From: Octopus vulgaris
Lineage: Eukaryota
Direction of reading: 5' to 3'
DNA length: 64,000 nt
Assembly: GCA_951406725.2 (NCBI GenBank)
Contig: OX597815.1
Coordinates: 198,400,001-198,464,000, forward strand
Shown here: positions 51,515 through 64,000 of the stretch, in pieces
Layout: each line of letters opens with the position of its first letter
Position numbering within the stretch: position 1 is the first letter of the stretch
Notes under the pieces: model-generated
Databases searched by the model: none
Told to the model about the DNA's origin: nothing
The model's input: only the letters and a program-made list of their open reading frames with translations
Made by a program: the position numbers and the translations under genes

Positions 51515-51629
51515 AGTCAATTTTTTTCCTATATCGGACTAATTGTAGCGCAGTCATAAGGATATTACCTTGCCACATCAACAGTGTTGATGTTGTCGAC
51601 GGAAAAGCGAAGAATTGATATAGGATAAT

Positions 51630-51845
51630 ATTCCTTTCTACTCTAGGCACAAAACCCGAAATTTTGGGGTAGGGTACCAGTCGATTAGAACGACCCCAGT
51701 ATGCAACTGGTACTTGTTTTATCGACTCTGAAAGGAAGAAAGGCAAAGGCGACTTCGGTGGAATTTGAACTCAGAATATACAGACAGACAAAACATCGCT
51801 ATGCATTTTGCCCGGGGTGCTTTTGCCTGTGCTAGCTGGTCGCCC
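51630..51845 (-). mobile_element. SINE family A, short-tail variant
   Basis: gaccccagtatgcaactggtact...ggtggaatttgaactcagaa and a diverged head. Confidence 0.82.
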
Positions 51846-52616
51846 TGCTCGAGTGAAATACTGAAGCTGATGCTACAGCTTCGACCATACAAGAATGAAC
51901 TAGCGCGGTTATTTGAATAGTTCAGGCACTTAATTTGAATTTCAATAGGTTTCTAGACGTATGCGTTCCTTGGTTTTGCGGTGCGGAAACACGTGGTGTG
52001 GATTATCTCGAGAAACTATTTTATGTTTGTTGATCATCCCTTCGATAATGACATACTGGAATTGGAATGAAGCTGAGTACGGCTTTCTTGGGGATCGCTC
52101 ATCAATAAAGCAGAGAAACTTTACTTCTAAATTCATATCTAAACCGCAAGATTCTGATTTTTCTGATTTTCACTGGGTTATAGATAACACACACACGCTC
52201 TCACACTCATACACACAAGTAGCAATGTCACGAAGATTAAAAAAATAGTTATTGTTGTTCTTGCTTAAGCATATGTGTGACCTTGTTGAACAGTTATCCA
52301 ACCAGCGTTGTAGCAGCTTGTTCTAAAGATATGAAAATACGCGTTTCTGAATTTCTCGATCTTTAGAATAACATCGCATCTATTCATTTTAACCCAGTAG
52401 TAATTGCTTCGAGTGAATATATGTTTTCTTTTCTTTCTTTCCTTTTTTCTTTGTAGGTTGAACAAACGAATAGCCTTCTTTGCTATTTAAATTTAGTGTG
52501 CGAGAATTAATTTTCTTCGTGTCATTCAGGGTCCACGGAAACATTAGGAAATGAAAGCCTACATCATGAATTCTAAGTCTTTTGCATACACTAATATACT
52601 TTATTAAGAACATATT

Positions 52617-53031
52617 TATTTCTTTACTGCCTACAAGGGGCTAAACATAGAGGGTACACACAAGGACAGACAAAGGGATTAAGTCGATTACATCAACCCC
52701 ATTATGCAACAGGTACTTTATTTATTGACCTCGAAAGGATGAAAGGCAAAGTCGACCTGGGCGGAATTTGAACTCAGAACATAACGACGATGAAATACCT
52801 TTTTCTTTACTATCCACAAGGGGCTAAACACAGAGGGAACAAACAAGGACAGACAAACGGATTATGTCGATTATATCGACCCCGGTGCGTAACTGGTACT
52901 TTATTTAATCGACCTGAAAAGGATGAAAGGCAAAGTCGACATCGGCGGAATTTGAACTCAGAACGTGACGGCAGACGAAATACTGCTAAGCATTTCGTCC
53001 GGCGTGCTAACGACTCTGCCAGCTCGCCGCC
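52617..53031 (-). mobile_element. SINE family A dimer
   Basis: Two bodies joined at gaaatacct. 16-bp TSD ttattaagaacatatt at 52601-52616 and 53032-53047. Confidence 0.92.
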
Positions 53032-53346
53032 TTATTAAGAACATATTCTTATTGAAAATAAGTTAAATGGAACACTGAGCCCACGAGCTTATGAAGTTGG
53101 TAGTTCGCATTCATCTTATGTGATTGAGCGTACAACAATGGTCGGTTAAGCAAGACGCCGTCATATCATAAAGTTACCCATCTTGGCAGCTGTTGGTATT
53201 CATTGTTACTCAATTTAACCGAACCAACATGAAATAAAGTGCTGGGCTGAGGACAAATGGCAACACTCGGTTCGCTTTCGGAATGAAACATTTGATTTTC
53301 GTGAACCTGTTTACAACTTGAGCTTTCCTTGTATATGTTAAAAAAT

Positions 53347-53768
53347 TATGGTGGCGATCTGGCAGAAACGTTAGCACGCCGGGCGAAATGATTTGCAGTA
53401 TTTCGTCTGCCGTTACGTTCTGAGTTCAAATTCCGCCGAGGTTGACTTTGCCTTTCATTCTTTCGGGATCGATTAAATAAGTACCAGTTACGCACTGAAG
53501 TCTATATAATCCACTTAATCCGTTTGTCTGTCCTTGTTTGTCCTCTCTGTGTTTAGCCCCTTGTGGGTAGTAAAGAAAAAGGTATTTCGTCTGTCGTTAC
53601 GTTCTGAGTTCAAATTCAGCCGAGGTCGACTTTGCCTTTCATCCTTTCGGGGTCGATAAATTAAGTACCAGTTACGCACTGGGGTCGATCTAATCGACTT
53701 AATCCCTTTGTCTGTCCTTGTTTGTCCCCTCTATGTTTAGCCCCTTGTGGGTAGTAAAGAAATAGGTA
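53347..53768 (+). mobile_element. SINE family A dimer
   Basis: Second unit starts at ggtatttcgtc (53581). 15-bp TSD tatatgttaaaaaat at 53332-53346 and 53769-53783. Confidence 0.92.
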
Positions 53769-53873
53769 TATATGTTAAAAAATGATCTTGAAATGGAAAA
53801 GTAAATTGCGTCTCACTAAATTCATACTATTCACGAAGTCATTTGTAGTGTAGACAATTAATTTAGATATAAA

Positions 53874-54259
53874 CTAGCAGAATCACCCGGCGTTGCTCGG
53901 GTTTGTAAGGGAAATAACTATGTAAGCATTTTTAGAGAGTTATAGTCAAAAATAGCAAAAAAATGCATTAAAAATGGAAAAAAAATGATGGTAAATATTT
54001 TTTAAAATTGTTGACTCATCGTAGACATTTTTTAGAGAGTTACTTCCCTTATATAATAGCGAAAAAATGCATTAAAATGGAAAAAAATGATGGTAATTTT
54101 TTTTTAAATTGTAGACGCGCGCTAATACCCAGAAGGGCTCGATATGAATTACGACTATAAGATACCCGGTTTTGGTTAAACTGCACTGCAAAATGTGGGA
54201 GTAGTTAGGAATCTAAATCGTAGGAGACAGACACACAACTTCACTTTTATATATAAAGA
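53874..54259 (-). mobile_element. Non-autonomous Helitron
   Basis: Minus strand begins A|TCTTTATATATAAAAG and ends with the hairpin cccgagcaacgccggg then CTAG|T. This gives a 5'-TC, 3'-CTAG, subterminal hairpin, A/T target and no TSD. Internal ~90-bp duplication. Confidence 0.85.
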
Positions 54260-55088
54260 TATCTAATTAGGTATTGTAATATAAATGACTCTCCCAGGGA
54301 TAGTACTGACAATATATCCATGGATAATAATGACAAATTTCCGGGTCTAATAGTGGAAATAATATTTCTACAGCCACAAGGGAACATTATTTGGGGAAAC
54401 AATAATACTACTTTCTTGTACAAAAGCGAAACCTGATATATTTTTTTTCTTTTTAATAAGGCATGTTTCAACAGTTGCAAAGTTTGCAAACATATTATTA
54501 ATATACGGGAAATTAGATAGCTCAATATATAGCTAATTCTAAAGAGTGAGTGGGGGAAAATTCATAAAACTAACAAATAATCTGTATGGATTAACTATTT
54601 TACGGAATAAAAAAAAAACAAACAAATCAATACTGATTTATATATAATGTAACATATGAGAAAGTAAATGCAAATACAAGGAAAAAATATATATACAACG
54701 TATTTAAGCAGATACGTGAGTGGGACAGTTTATTTCCTCTGTTTTCAGGAAAAAAAAAAGACAGATAGAAGAAAATATACGACTAGACACATAAATTCAA
54801 ATAGCTGGAAAGGCGTCAAAATGACTCATGTCGGCAGTATACTAATGAAGATTATTTTCCTAGATAATTAAATAGAAACCTTTTCATAAACGTTCTTGGA
54901 ATATAAATGTATTTAGATATTGGTAAGAATATCATTATATCGTATTTACAGGATTTTACAAGGAAATGTCTGTTATATAGGAAAAAAAATTATCAAGTAG
55001 ATATAATTTTGTTTTGCCTCTAGATATCTGTCAAGCTTATACACACTTTCACACGTATATTTCTATACACATATGTATATATATACAC

Positions 55089-55162
<74 letters not shown>

Positions 55163-55206
55163 TTGTGTGTAAGTATGAATATATATACATATATATATAC
55201 ATCTGA

Positions 55207-55237
<31 letters not shown>

Positions 55238-55264
55238 TATATGTGTAAGTGTATATATATATAT

Positions 55265-55340
<76 letters not shown>

Positions 55341-55462
55341 TGTGTGTATACAGAGAGACAGGGGGAGACAGATAGACAGATATGATACAGAGATTGACAT
55401 ACATGCATAAGTACACGCAATATACAGATATATACATATATATTCTTGTCTATTTATATGTG

Positions 55463-55508
<46 letters not shown>

Positions 55509-55509
55509 T

Positions 55510-55576
<67 letters not shown>

Positions 55577-55787
55577 TATTATGTTGTATTAAAAACAAAA
55601 CTAGACGTTGCAGTATTTAGGAGACAAATATGTTCCTACATGAATTGTAGTTTTCTCATGAACACAGTACGAGACTAAGTGAAGCAGAATGTATACACAG
55701 TTGCACGCAGAGAAACACACACACACACACGCACACACACACACATATATGCACGTACACATGGCCATATGTGTGCCTGCTCCCATG

Positions 55788-55839
<52 letters not shown>

Positions 55840-56966
55840 GCGTTTCACTTTAGAAATAGGGAGATGAAATAATACGAATATAATGTTACTGACTAAACTA
55901 ATCGATCTAGAACAATAAAACAGTAAATCAACTTCCATGTAATTTCAATTCACAAGAGTGAAACGCCAAATTAAATATAAGAACGATTTCTTTACTGAGT
56001 TCTCTCAGTCTGTCTGTCTCTCTGTCTGTCCGTCTGTGTCACTCTCTCTATATATATTTGGGCATATGTGTGTCTGTGTGTCTGTCCGTCTCTGTCTGTG
56101 TGTACGAGTGCGTTCTTGTGTGCGTTTCTTTGTCTCTCTCACGCTAACTCAATTTCTTCATGATGTTTTCTTGTAATATACACATAGGAGTATATAAGCA
56201 TATGTATTTGTGTATATATCTATGAATGCGTGTGTGTGTGTGTGCATGTGTGTATCTCTAAGTATATATGTCTGTAAGTTAATGTGTGTATAGGTATCTG
56301 TGGCTCCCCGGTCTTCATTATTTGTCACTCTCTTCGTCAGGTTGATCGTTCGGAAGTGTAGGTTAAAGGTACCAGTGTGTGTGGAATGTCCAACTACTTA
56401 AGCTATGATTAAATAAGAAAATAGATTTCTTGATCCAACAAATGGAATATTTATCGCGGAAACCGATGAACATAAAGGGAAATCTAATCGTGAAAGTAAA
56501 ATTTCGCCACGCATTTTCTACGCACTTATACAACCATACCAAACACATCTTCTATTGCGAGGATATAGAAAAGTTGCGCTTCGCTGAAAGATATTCAGCA
56601 CTCAAGTTTAAGAAATTCTCGTTTTTATTTTTATCGTATTTTCTAATTATTTTGACATTTAATCACTGTGTCTCATCTCTAACTAAATTAAGGCATTTCT
56701 GAAAGGAAGTGGATCGGACAGTTTTCTGTCGTTGTTGTAAAAAATTGTTTTTGTCCACAAATATTAGCTGTATTTAGCACATTCTCGGTGGAGAGCTATG
56801 CTTCGCTGACAGTCCGAATCAACTAATTTAAAACTGACAATTCCAGTCTGACTTGTAATACTGTAATTTTGAGATCCTGAATCCAAGATAAAGTGATTTT
56901 GGTGATCTATATAAGATGTTGACGAAATAAAATTATTAAACTGATAATAATAATAAAAATAATAAT

Positions 56967-57475
56967 ACTGATTGGAAGTGTTATCATGTACATTGTTTTG
57001 TTTTGGTATAAAAGATGGGCTACAGCAAATATTCTGCTCAATACCACAGATTTGCTTGTCACTTGTTTGACTTTAACCAGTTGAGCATGTCCTTTAGTGG
57101 CTGACGATATGTGCATCTCTGATCACGGACAGAAGTAGTGGGGAAGCATCATAGCCATGTGTTGAGAGGGATTCTTTGGGGTTTGAATAATTCACCTCTG
57201 GAAACATGGGTGGTTCTTTCAACATCCTTAAACAACCCTTATTCAGGGAACTTTTGAGCGGGATGGGCTACTCAACCAGAAGAAAATTTTAACTGGGCCC
57301 CACATGCAAGGTCATGTGCTGTTTATCTTGATATGAGATCACTATGTCGCGCACATATGGTTGTGATGCATGTGCCTGGTGTACCCTTATCAGACGGGTC
57401 GTCATGATGGGTATATTGGGCTTCGTATATTTTACCCCAGTGTCACTTTGATGGCATGAACTGCTCTCTCACTCA

Positions 57476-57523
<48 letters not shown>
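56967..57523 (+). mobile_element. Probable 3' end of a non-LTR retroelement inserted into (TAA)n
   Basis: About 510 bp of higher-GC sequence bounded by (aat)n runs and ending in a long (taa)n tail. No ORF recognised. Confidence 0.45.
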
Positions 57524-57524
<1 letters not shown>

Positions 57525-57778
57525 GGATAAATGTGCTCTTTTAAACCTAGCCAGGCTCATGGGCTCGGTATCCCGGTTTCAATGGCGTATGTGTTCCCCA
57601 GCTGGATTGGACACCAGTCCATCGCAGCGTTACTCACTTTTGCCAGCTGAGTGGAGTGGAGCAACGTGAAATGAAATGTTTTGCTCAAGAACACAACACG
57701 TCGCCCGGTCCAGGAATCGAAACCACAACTTTACGATCATGATGCCGACACCCTTATAACTAAGCCACGCGCCCCCAC
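57524..57778 (-). mobile_element. SINE family D head with V-like tail
   Basis: ccagtccatcgcagcgttactc...ttgctcaagaacacaac...taagccacgcgcccccac; the tail is the same as in the C-headed 45052 copy. Confidence 0.9.
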
Positions 57779-58410
57779 ATTAAACTAATTGGTCTATGAA
57801 TAAAAGATATGAAACATAAACATTGGTAGAGAAAAAAAAACGTGTGTGATTCATTATAACGTACAATTAATGCCCATTCCTCGGTGGGGGAGCTGTGGCG
57901 CTGTTTGTGTATGCTGTTTAACCCGCGGACGGCATTGCCTGAGAATGCTTAATGGCATAAATGCCTAGTGCTCCTATGTGTTTTGGACATTGTCCAATGG
58001 AATTTTTATGTGAAGAGATTTGATATCAGAAATCTTACTTGGTATTTCTGAAAAGTTGAGATATTTGGCTGCGTAGACATCATTTCGTTCAATTGTGAGA
58101 CGGGAGATTTATATACAAGTGTGTATGTTACCATGCAATGACATGTTCACTGGTAACTCTCAGAATTAATGTAGAGAAAATAAGCGCAGTTGTTATAGCG
58201 TCTTCTTGCTTTCGTATTACACTTCGATAAAGAAGAATTTAAGTCGATTTACTAAGATCATCACATATACTACAACACTATATATTTTAAGGTAATGCTA
58301 TCTGTGTTGTTTCCGTCGCATGAATCTATTAGATCATAAAAAGATATATACAGTTTTTAATAAATAATATGTGTCTCTCACCAAATGGAATATTTTTTGC
58401 TGATCTGGAT

Positions 58411-58472
<62 letters not shown>

Positions 58473-58523
58473 TCTCTGTCTATATATATATATATATATA
58501 TATATAGATAGATAGATAGACAT

Positions 58524-58578
<55 letters not shown>

Positions 58579-58624
58579 TAGCTATATAGATATATATATG
58601 TGTGTGTGTGCGGGTGTATATAGA

Positions 58625-58658
<34 letters not shown>

Positions 58659-59453
58659 CATCTATGTATATAAACACGCACACAAAAACACACACACAAT
58701 ACACATAAACCATTAAATGTCAGGAGTTATGGCAAGGGAATATATTTATATAAACAGTTGATATCCGTAGTATTACGGCGGTTTCGCGATTGGATTTCAG
58801 CTGCATAGAACTCAGCATTATACTCCTCCGTGCTGGATTACTATTTGCTATGATATCCGATTTCTTCAAGATGAGATTATTATGAAAGCTACAAGATTCT
58901 ATGTACTGAAATGTTGTACTATATATATATATATATAGATGAGAGAGTTGGTAAGCGAAAGGACGTGGTTGGATGTATGAAAGATAAAAAAGAGTGAAAA
59001 AACTAAAGAAGGTTTGTGTTATATGGTTAAAGAATATAGTTAAATCGTTATGTTAGAGAAATATTATAGAATTTTGCGTATAGTAACATAGTTTTTGGAG
59101 AAATAACCAGTTTCGTATTTTCTTTTCAAATTTCTCAAATTTCTTTACCTATATCGTGTCATGTGTTCGCTATGTTGTGAAATATTGAGTTCCAAGCAGG
59201 GGAAGTTAATCAGGGATTTTTTCTGGTATAAGGGAGATAAACAAACATGTTGGGAATGACTAGGCTTCAGTAATTTAGCATGATTTTGTTTAGAAGGAAC
59301 AGAATGTTACAAGTGGTTATATTTTTTTCAATGAGGTGAGTTTTCTTATTTAAAAATGTTAGAAATGGTTAAGTTTTGGTTTATATTTTTCAACGAAGAA
59401 GGTTTCCTTATTTAATCTAACTTATGTTGGTGTTCCAATGACACATTCATATA

Positions 59454-59935
59454 TTGGTTCATCCCATAAATAATGCGGTTTTTATACTCCTATTATTCTC
59501 CAGAATTAAGACAAAAAAGTTCATTTTTAATCCAAAATATACTCTTTCTACAATGCTCCTTCATCTATGTAGACTTGCAAGCCTCCTCTTCCGAAATTCG
59601 CTTATCCGTGACGAAAAATACTCCTCCAGTACTGTTCTCACCTTGTTTACAGAATTCATATTTTTCCCATCCAAATTATTTTAATGACTGCGTAATAAGT
59701 GATAATCAGATGGGGCAATGTCCGGCGAATATGATGGGTCGGGCATCGTTTCCCATTCAAACTGCTCCAGCATTTGCAATATCAACCTCTATGTATGTGG
59801 CCGAGCATTATTCTGTTGGAAGAACACCTTTCGTCTTGAAACAATAGATTACTGTTTTTCTTCTGCTGCTGACTTAAGCCCTTCAAGGTGCTCACACTAG
59901 ATTTCATTTGTTATCGTTTCTTCCAACTTTCGTCT
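59454..59935 (-). pseudogene. Mariner 3' half (second family) with one TIR
   Basis: Minus-strand ETITNEI*CEHL..RRKVFFQQNNARPHT...WETMPDPSYSPDIAPSDYHLLRS..NLDGK...VLEEYFSS. TIR ta|ttggttcatcccataaataatgcgg at 59452. Confidence 0.85.
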
Positions 59936-61999
59936 CTTCCATTAATCATAATCATGTGTGTGAGTGCTTGACGAGCTATCGCAGAGTTTCTTCTTATGAA
60001 ATTTCATTCATATGCTAGCATTTACCCAAACCATATATTAAAAGACACTTTCACAACTTGGTTCGAAGTCTCATCGGGCTCAGCTAAGTTTAGGTATTAG
60101 AAAAATTTGATTCTAGTTCTTTCATTTTTTTCTATTAATCTAGTACTTTCTAAATCTCTCTCCGCGGAATAAATTGAGGGTAAAATGACTACTAGTTTCC
60201 TTGCCAAGGACGTATTTGAGTTAATGACGTATTTTCTAAAATACTAATTTTCTAATCAACCACTATTCTGTACACTGTTTTATGTTTACTCTGTGAATTT
60301 CTAATCCATACTTCCGCAATTAGATCTCAGTCTATGTTTTACTGATTAAGCCTAAATATGTCCAGAGATGTCACAGGAACATATTTTTAGATCATGATAT
60401 AGCTTAGTCATTCTTAGATTACTACTATTTTGTCCTCGCTGTATAGGTATAAGATTTGTACTGCAACATTAAGTTCGCACTTATTTTTCATGAAATGTCG
60501 ACTCTCAATTTAGAATTATATATAGACTGAATCTCATTTTGAAGATGTGTATGAAGTATATTTCCTTGTGATGGTAGAAGTCGTGTTTTTATGGTGCTTA
60601 TTCACCACCACTACTACTGTTTAGTTGATGCCGCCATTGTGAATTTAGGAAAAAATGTTTTTTACACATAATTACCGTTTCTTTCTTTGACTGGACACCA
60701 TAAACCGTAGCATTGTCTATATATCTGTTGCTGCCGTTTAGAATTTATGATTTCATTGCCTCTTTAGCTATTCCTACAGGTAACATTCCTGTTATTTTTA
60801 CAAACTCGTCCGTAATAAAATGACAAAATTCTTATTATTACTGTTATCAAAGTCAATATTACTGTCATTACCATAGGAATTTGTGCAGCTATTACAAGTA
60901 CACATCACAGCCATAAAATGCAGAACTTTTGCTTCCGTTACATGCCTCTCACGCCCGGAAAACTGCTTTTTATGTCTGACTGTTTGAACTTATAACTTTC
61001 TATCAAAAGAAATATTTTTCACAAAATTACTTTATTTGCTGCTCAAGGGATTCCATACGTTTTTAAACGAGAATGTGGAACTATTCGTATGCACATTTTC
61101 TTTTAATAGCGAATGGCTCTCACAAATAGAATTCATATACACTAAAATTAATAGTAGTGACTATACATTGGTTTAAGACCACAGAGCTTTACTGAGTGGA
61201 TATGATCGTCTGTAAACTTCGGAATATGAGCTGTAAGAGCTGTAACGTATTTATTTAATGCAGTGAGATGTAGTCTGAATATAGACATTTTTACAGAAAC
61301 AGGGAAACGGGGAAACATAGAACATGCAGATTCGAAACTTCTTCCACAGAATTATATTCTGAAGATTTTGGTAACTCATCACTAAATAAAGAACACTCCA
61401 AGAAATTGTACTCGAATGTTTTTTAGTAGAACAATTCAGGACGTCGAGCTGACTCCTTTTACCCCCGTTTTATAAGATTCACAGAAGCCGATGTCATTTG
61501 TTTCCAGGAATACATGTTAATTCATGAAGTACACAAAGAACATGTAGAGATAAGAGTCTTTTGAGGATAAACGGATTTGATATGTATTTAATATGCATAT
61601 ACTTAAGCGTGTCACGCGACACATTTTTCGCTCACTCTATGTTGATATATTCAAGGTAAATATTCAGGATTACGTTGGTGTTGAGAGACACGTCAAAATG
61701 ATGCCGCTTGAATTATTTTCATTTCTTCAAATAGCTATCACAATATAACGCAAGCCTAGCATCGCCTCATATCGATTCACCTATGTACGTATGCCAATAT
61801 ATGTTGAGAGAATTCGGAGATGTTTAATTTCCCGATGAATGAAAATTTAACGCAAAATAAATTAAAACAAGATTATGCATGTTTGGGAATATATTCTATC
61901 TTCCTTGTAATGAGGAATACAGAAAAAATGTGAAAGATACTGTCATATTCATTTAAATTTAACGTAACCTAAATACATAAATGTATTGTTCATGTTGTA

Positions 62000-62552
62000 A
62001 AAGTGAAGAAGGCAGAATTGTTAGCACGCTGGGGAAAAGGCTTAGCGGCATTTTCGGGATCGATGAAATTGTACAAGTTAAAGACTCGGGCCAATGTAAT
62101 CGACTTAGCTCTCTTCCGAAAACGCTGGCAGAATTGTTACTATGCCGGACAAAATGCTTAGTGAGCTGGCAGAAACGTTAGCATGCCGAGCGAAATGCGT
62201 AGCCGTATTTCGTGTGCCGTTACGTTCTGAGTTCAAATTCCGCCGAGGTCGACTTTGCCTTTCATCCATTCGGGGTTGATAAATTAAGTACCAGTTACGC
62301 ACTGGGGTCGATATAATCGATTTAATCCGTCTGTCTGTCCTTGTTTGTCTCCTCTGTGTTTAGTCCCTTGTAGGTAGTAAATAAATAGGTATTTAGTCCG
62401 TCATTATGATCTGAGTTCAAATGCCACCGAGGTCGACATTTAGCCCAGAATTGAATCGATAAAATAAGTACCAACTCAGTACTGGGATCCATGTAATCGA
62501 TTTAGCCCTGTCAGGAAATTGCTGGCCTTGTGCCAAAATTTGAAACCAATAT
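62000..62552 (+). mobile_element. SINE family A cluster (repeated heads, long-tail unit, short-tail unit)
   Basis: Three ggcagaa..gtta heads (62011, 62127, 62168), a full body, a junction aaataggtattt at about 62385, and an end in ggccttgtgccaaaatttgaaacc. Confidence 0.85.
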
Positions 62553-63285
62553 AGTAAAAGCAAAACAGATTGATCTCCTGGAGGATTACAGCATAGAAAA
62601 ACATGCCTCACGAAATTTAGTTACAAACATTTATCCTCTCAAACCGAATATTGTTGAGTTTATATCAGCAGTTCTTCCATACAGGATCGCTGAAATGAGG
62701 TGTCAGTAAAGCCGGTGATATTATTCTGCAAAATCAATATCGAAATCAATAATAATAATGATTGTTTAGCGTAATAGAATGCAAAGTCTTCAGATCATTG
62801 GTCAAAATACGATGCAGCAATCAGTTTATATTTCCTTATTTTCTAAATTCAATTCATGTTCGATAAAATTATTGTCAATCTTCAGGAGTTCCACGAAGTA
62901 AGAACGAGTGAATTATCATGCTTCATTAAACAGTCCGTAACATCCGGCCGAACATATATAGGTTTTTGTTGTGTTTTTTTTTACATTTTTTGGAAAAACT
63001 GATCATTATTCTAAAATTTGGCACTCGGATAGTAGAACTCACAGCGTGTCCACCATGTTATTTGACATACTTAATTCACTGATATGGTAGAGATTTCCAT
63101 GCAGAAATACGGATCGTATTAGACCTTTTATCCACTTCCTATCATATGCCTAAATTGATTGAGATCATTATATTCCTTCATGAAATCTGTGGTGCTTTGT
63201 CAATGACAAGAATCCTAATCTTCATTTTCACTTACATCACTATAATTAAAATCATCTATATCTCATTTCAGACCCAAGAACCCAA

Positions 63286-63323
<38 letters not shown>

Positions 63324-64000
63324 ACACACACACAGCACACACACACACACAGCAATATATTTGTTAAATCAGCGTTGGTTCTATACGATCGGTTGAACTG
63401 CTACAAATAACAACTGAAATTTTCACAAATTGTGAGGTGCCGCCTTTGAAAATAGCATCTTGTATTTGTAAATGACGGTTTCATTTACAGAGGTATAATA
63501 CGTGAGAGTCACGGCTGGAATGACTTTTCTCATAGATCTACTTAACAAGGGGCGACTCGGGTGTCCAGCTTTAAAAATATCCATTTGGCTTTGATTCTGT
63601 GTAAAAGGTAAATAGCAATACGATGTCTCTGATTTAATCGAAATATCTTCCATAAGCCTCTTCGTTGCACACATCATTATGCCTACTGTGATCATCATCA
63701 TCGCGCTCATCATAGTTGTTCTCTTCATTATCATATTCATCTAACCTTGTCACCGTTGCTCAGCTTTCATCGTCGTCAGCATCATTGTCATCATCGTCAA
63801 CTTTAATCGTAGCAGTAGTAGTGGTAGATGTTTTTGCTGATATTGTTGTTGCTGTTGCTGTAAGACCAGTGGTACATTTGCCGGTAGAAAACGTCATATC
63901 GAATGCTAAACTTATTTCCAATATTCTGTTCTGTTTCTCTGGATCCCGAATCCAAATCATACTGACAGATATTTTGTTCTGGATTCGACAGAGTATATAT

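Overview
AT-rich eukaryotic, non-coding (intergenic or intronic) DNA packed with (TA)n, (GATA)n, (CA)n and (AAT)n microsatellites. The repeat families and composition suggest a coleoid cephalopod, probably Octopus (inference). I recognised no intact host protein-coding gene, and nearly all listed ORFs are microsatellite artefacts. Contents: four tRNA-derived SINE head types (my labels A-D) with exchangeable tails, one full-length but broken mariner plus other Tc1/mariner relics, a non-autonomous Helitron, CR1-like and R4/Dong-like LINE relics, and a Penelope-like (PLE) GIY-YIG relic. The main finding is a set of sequence-unrelated fold-back mini-elements, mostly in (TA)n tracts, that carry minimal type I hammerhead ribozyme motifs. 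Several have the motif mirrored on both strands, and one has it behind a Pol III-type tRNA head. One element of the same architecture carries a different, covarying three-hairpin RNA motif that I cannot assign. All folds, alignments and translations were done by eye.
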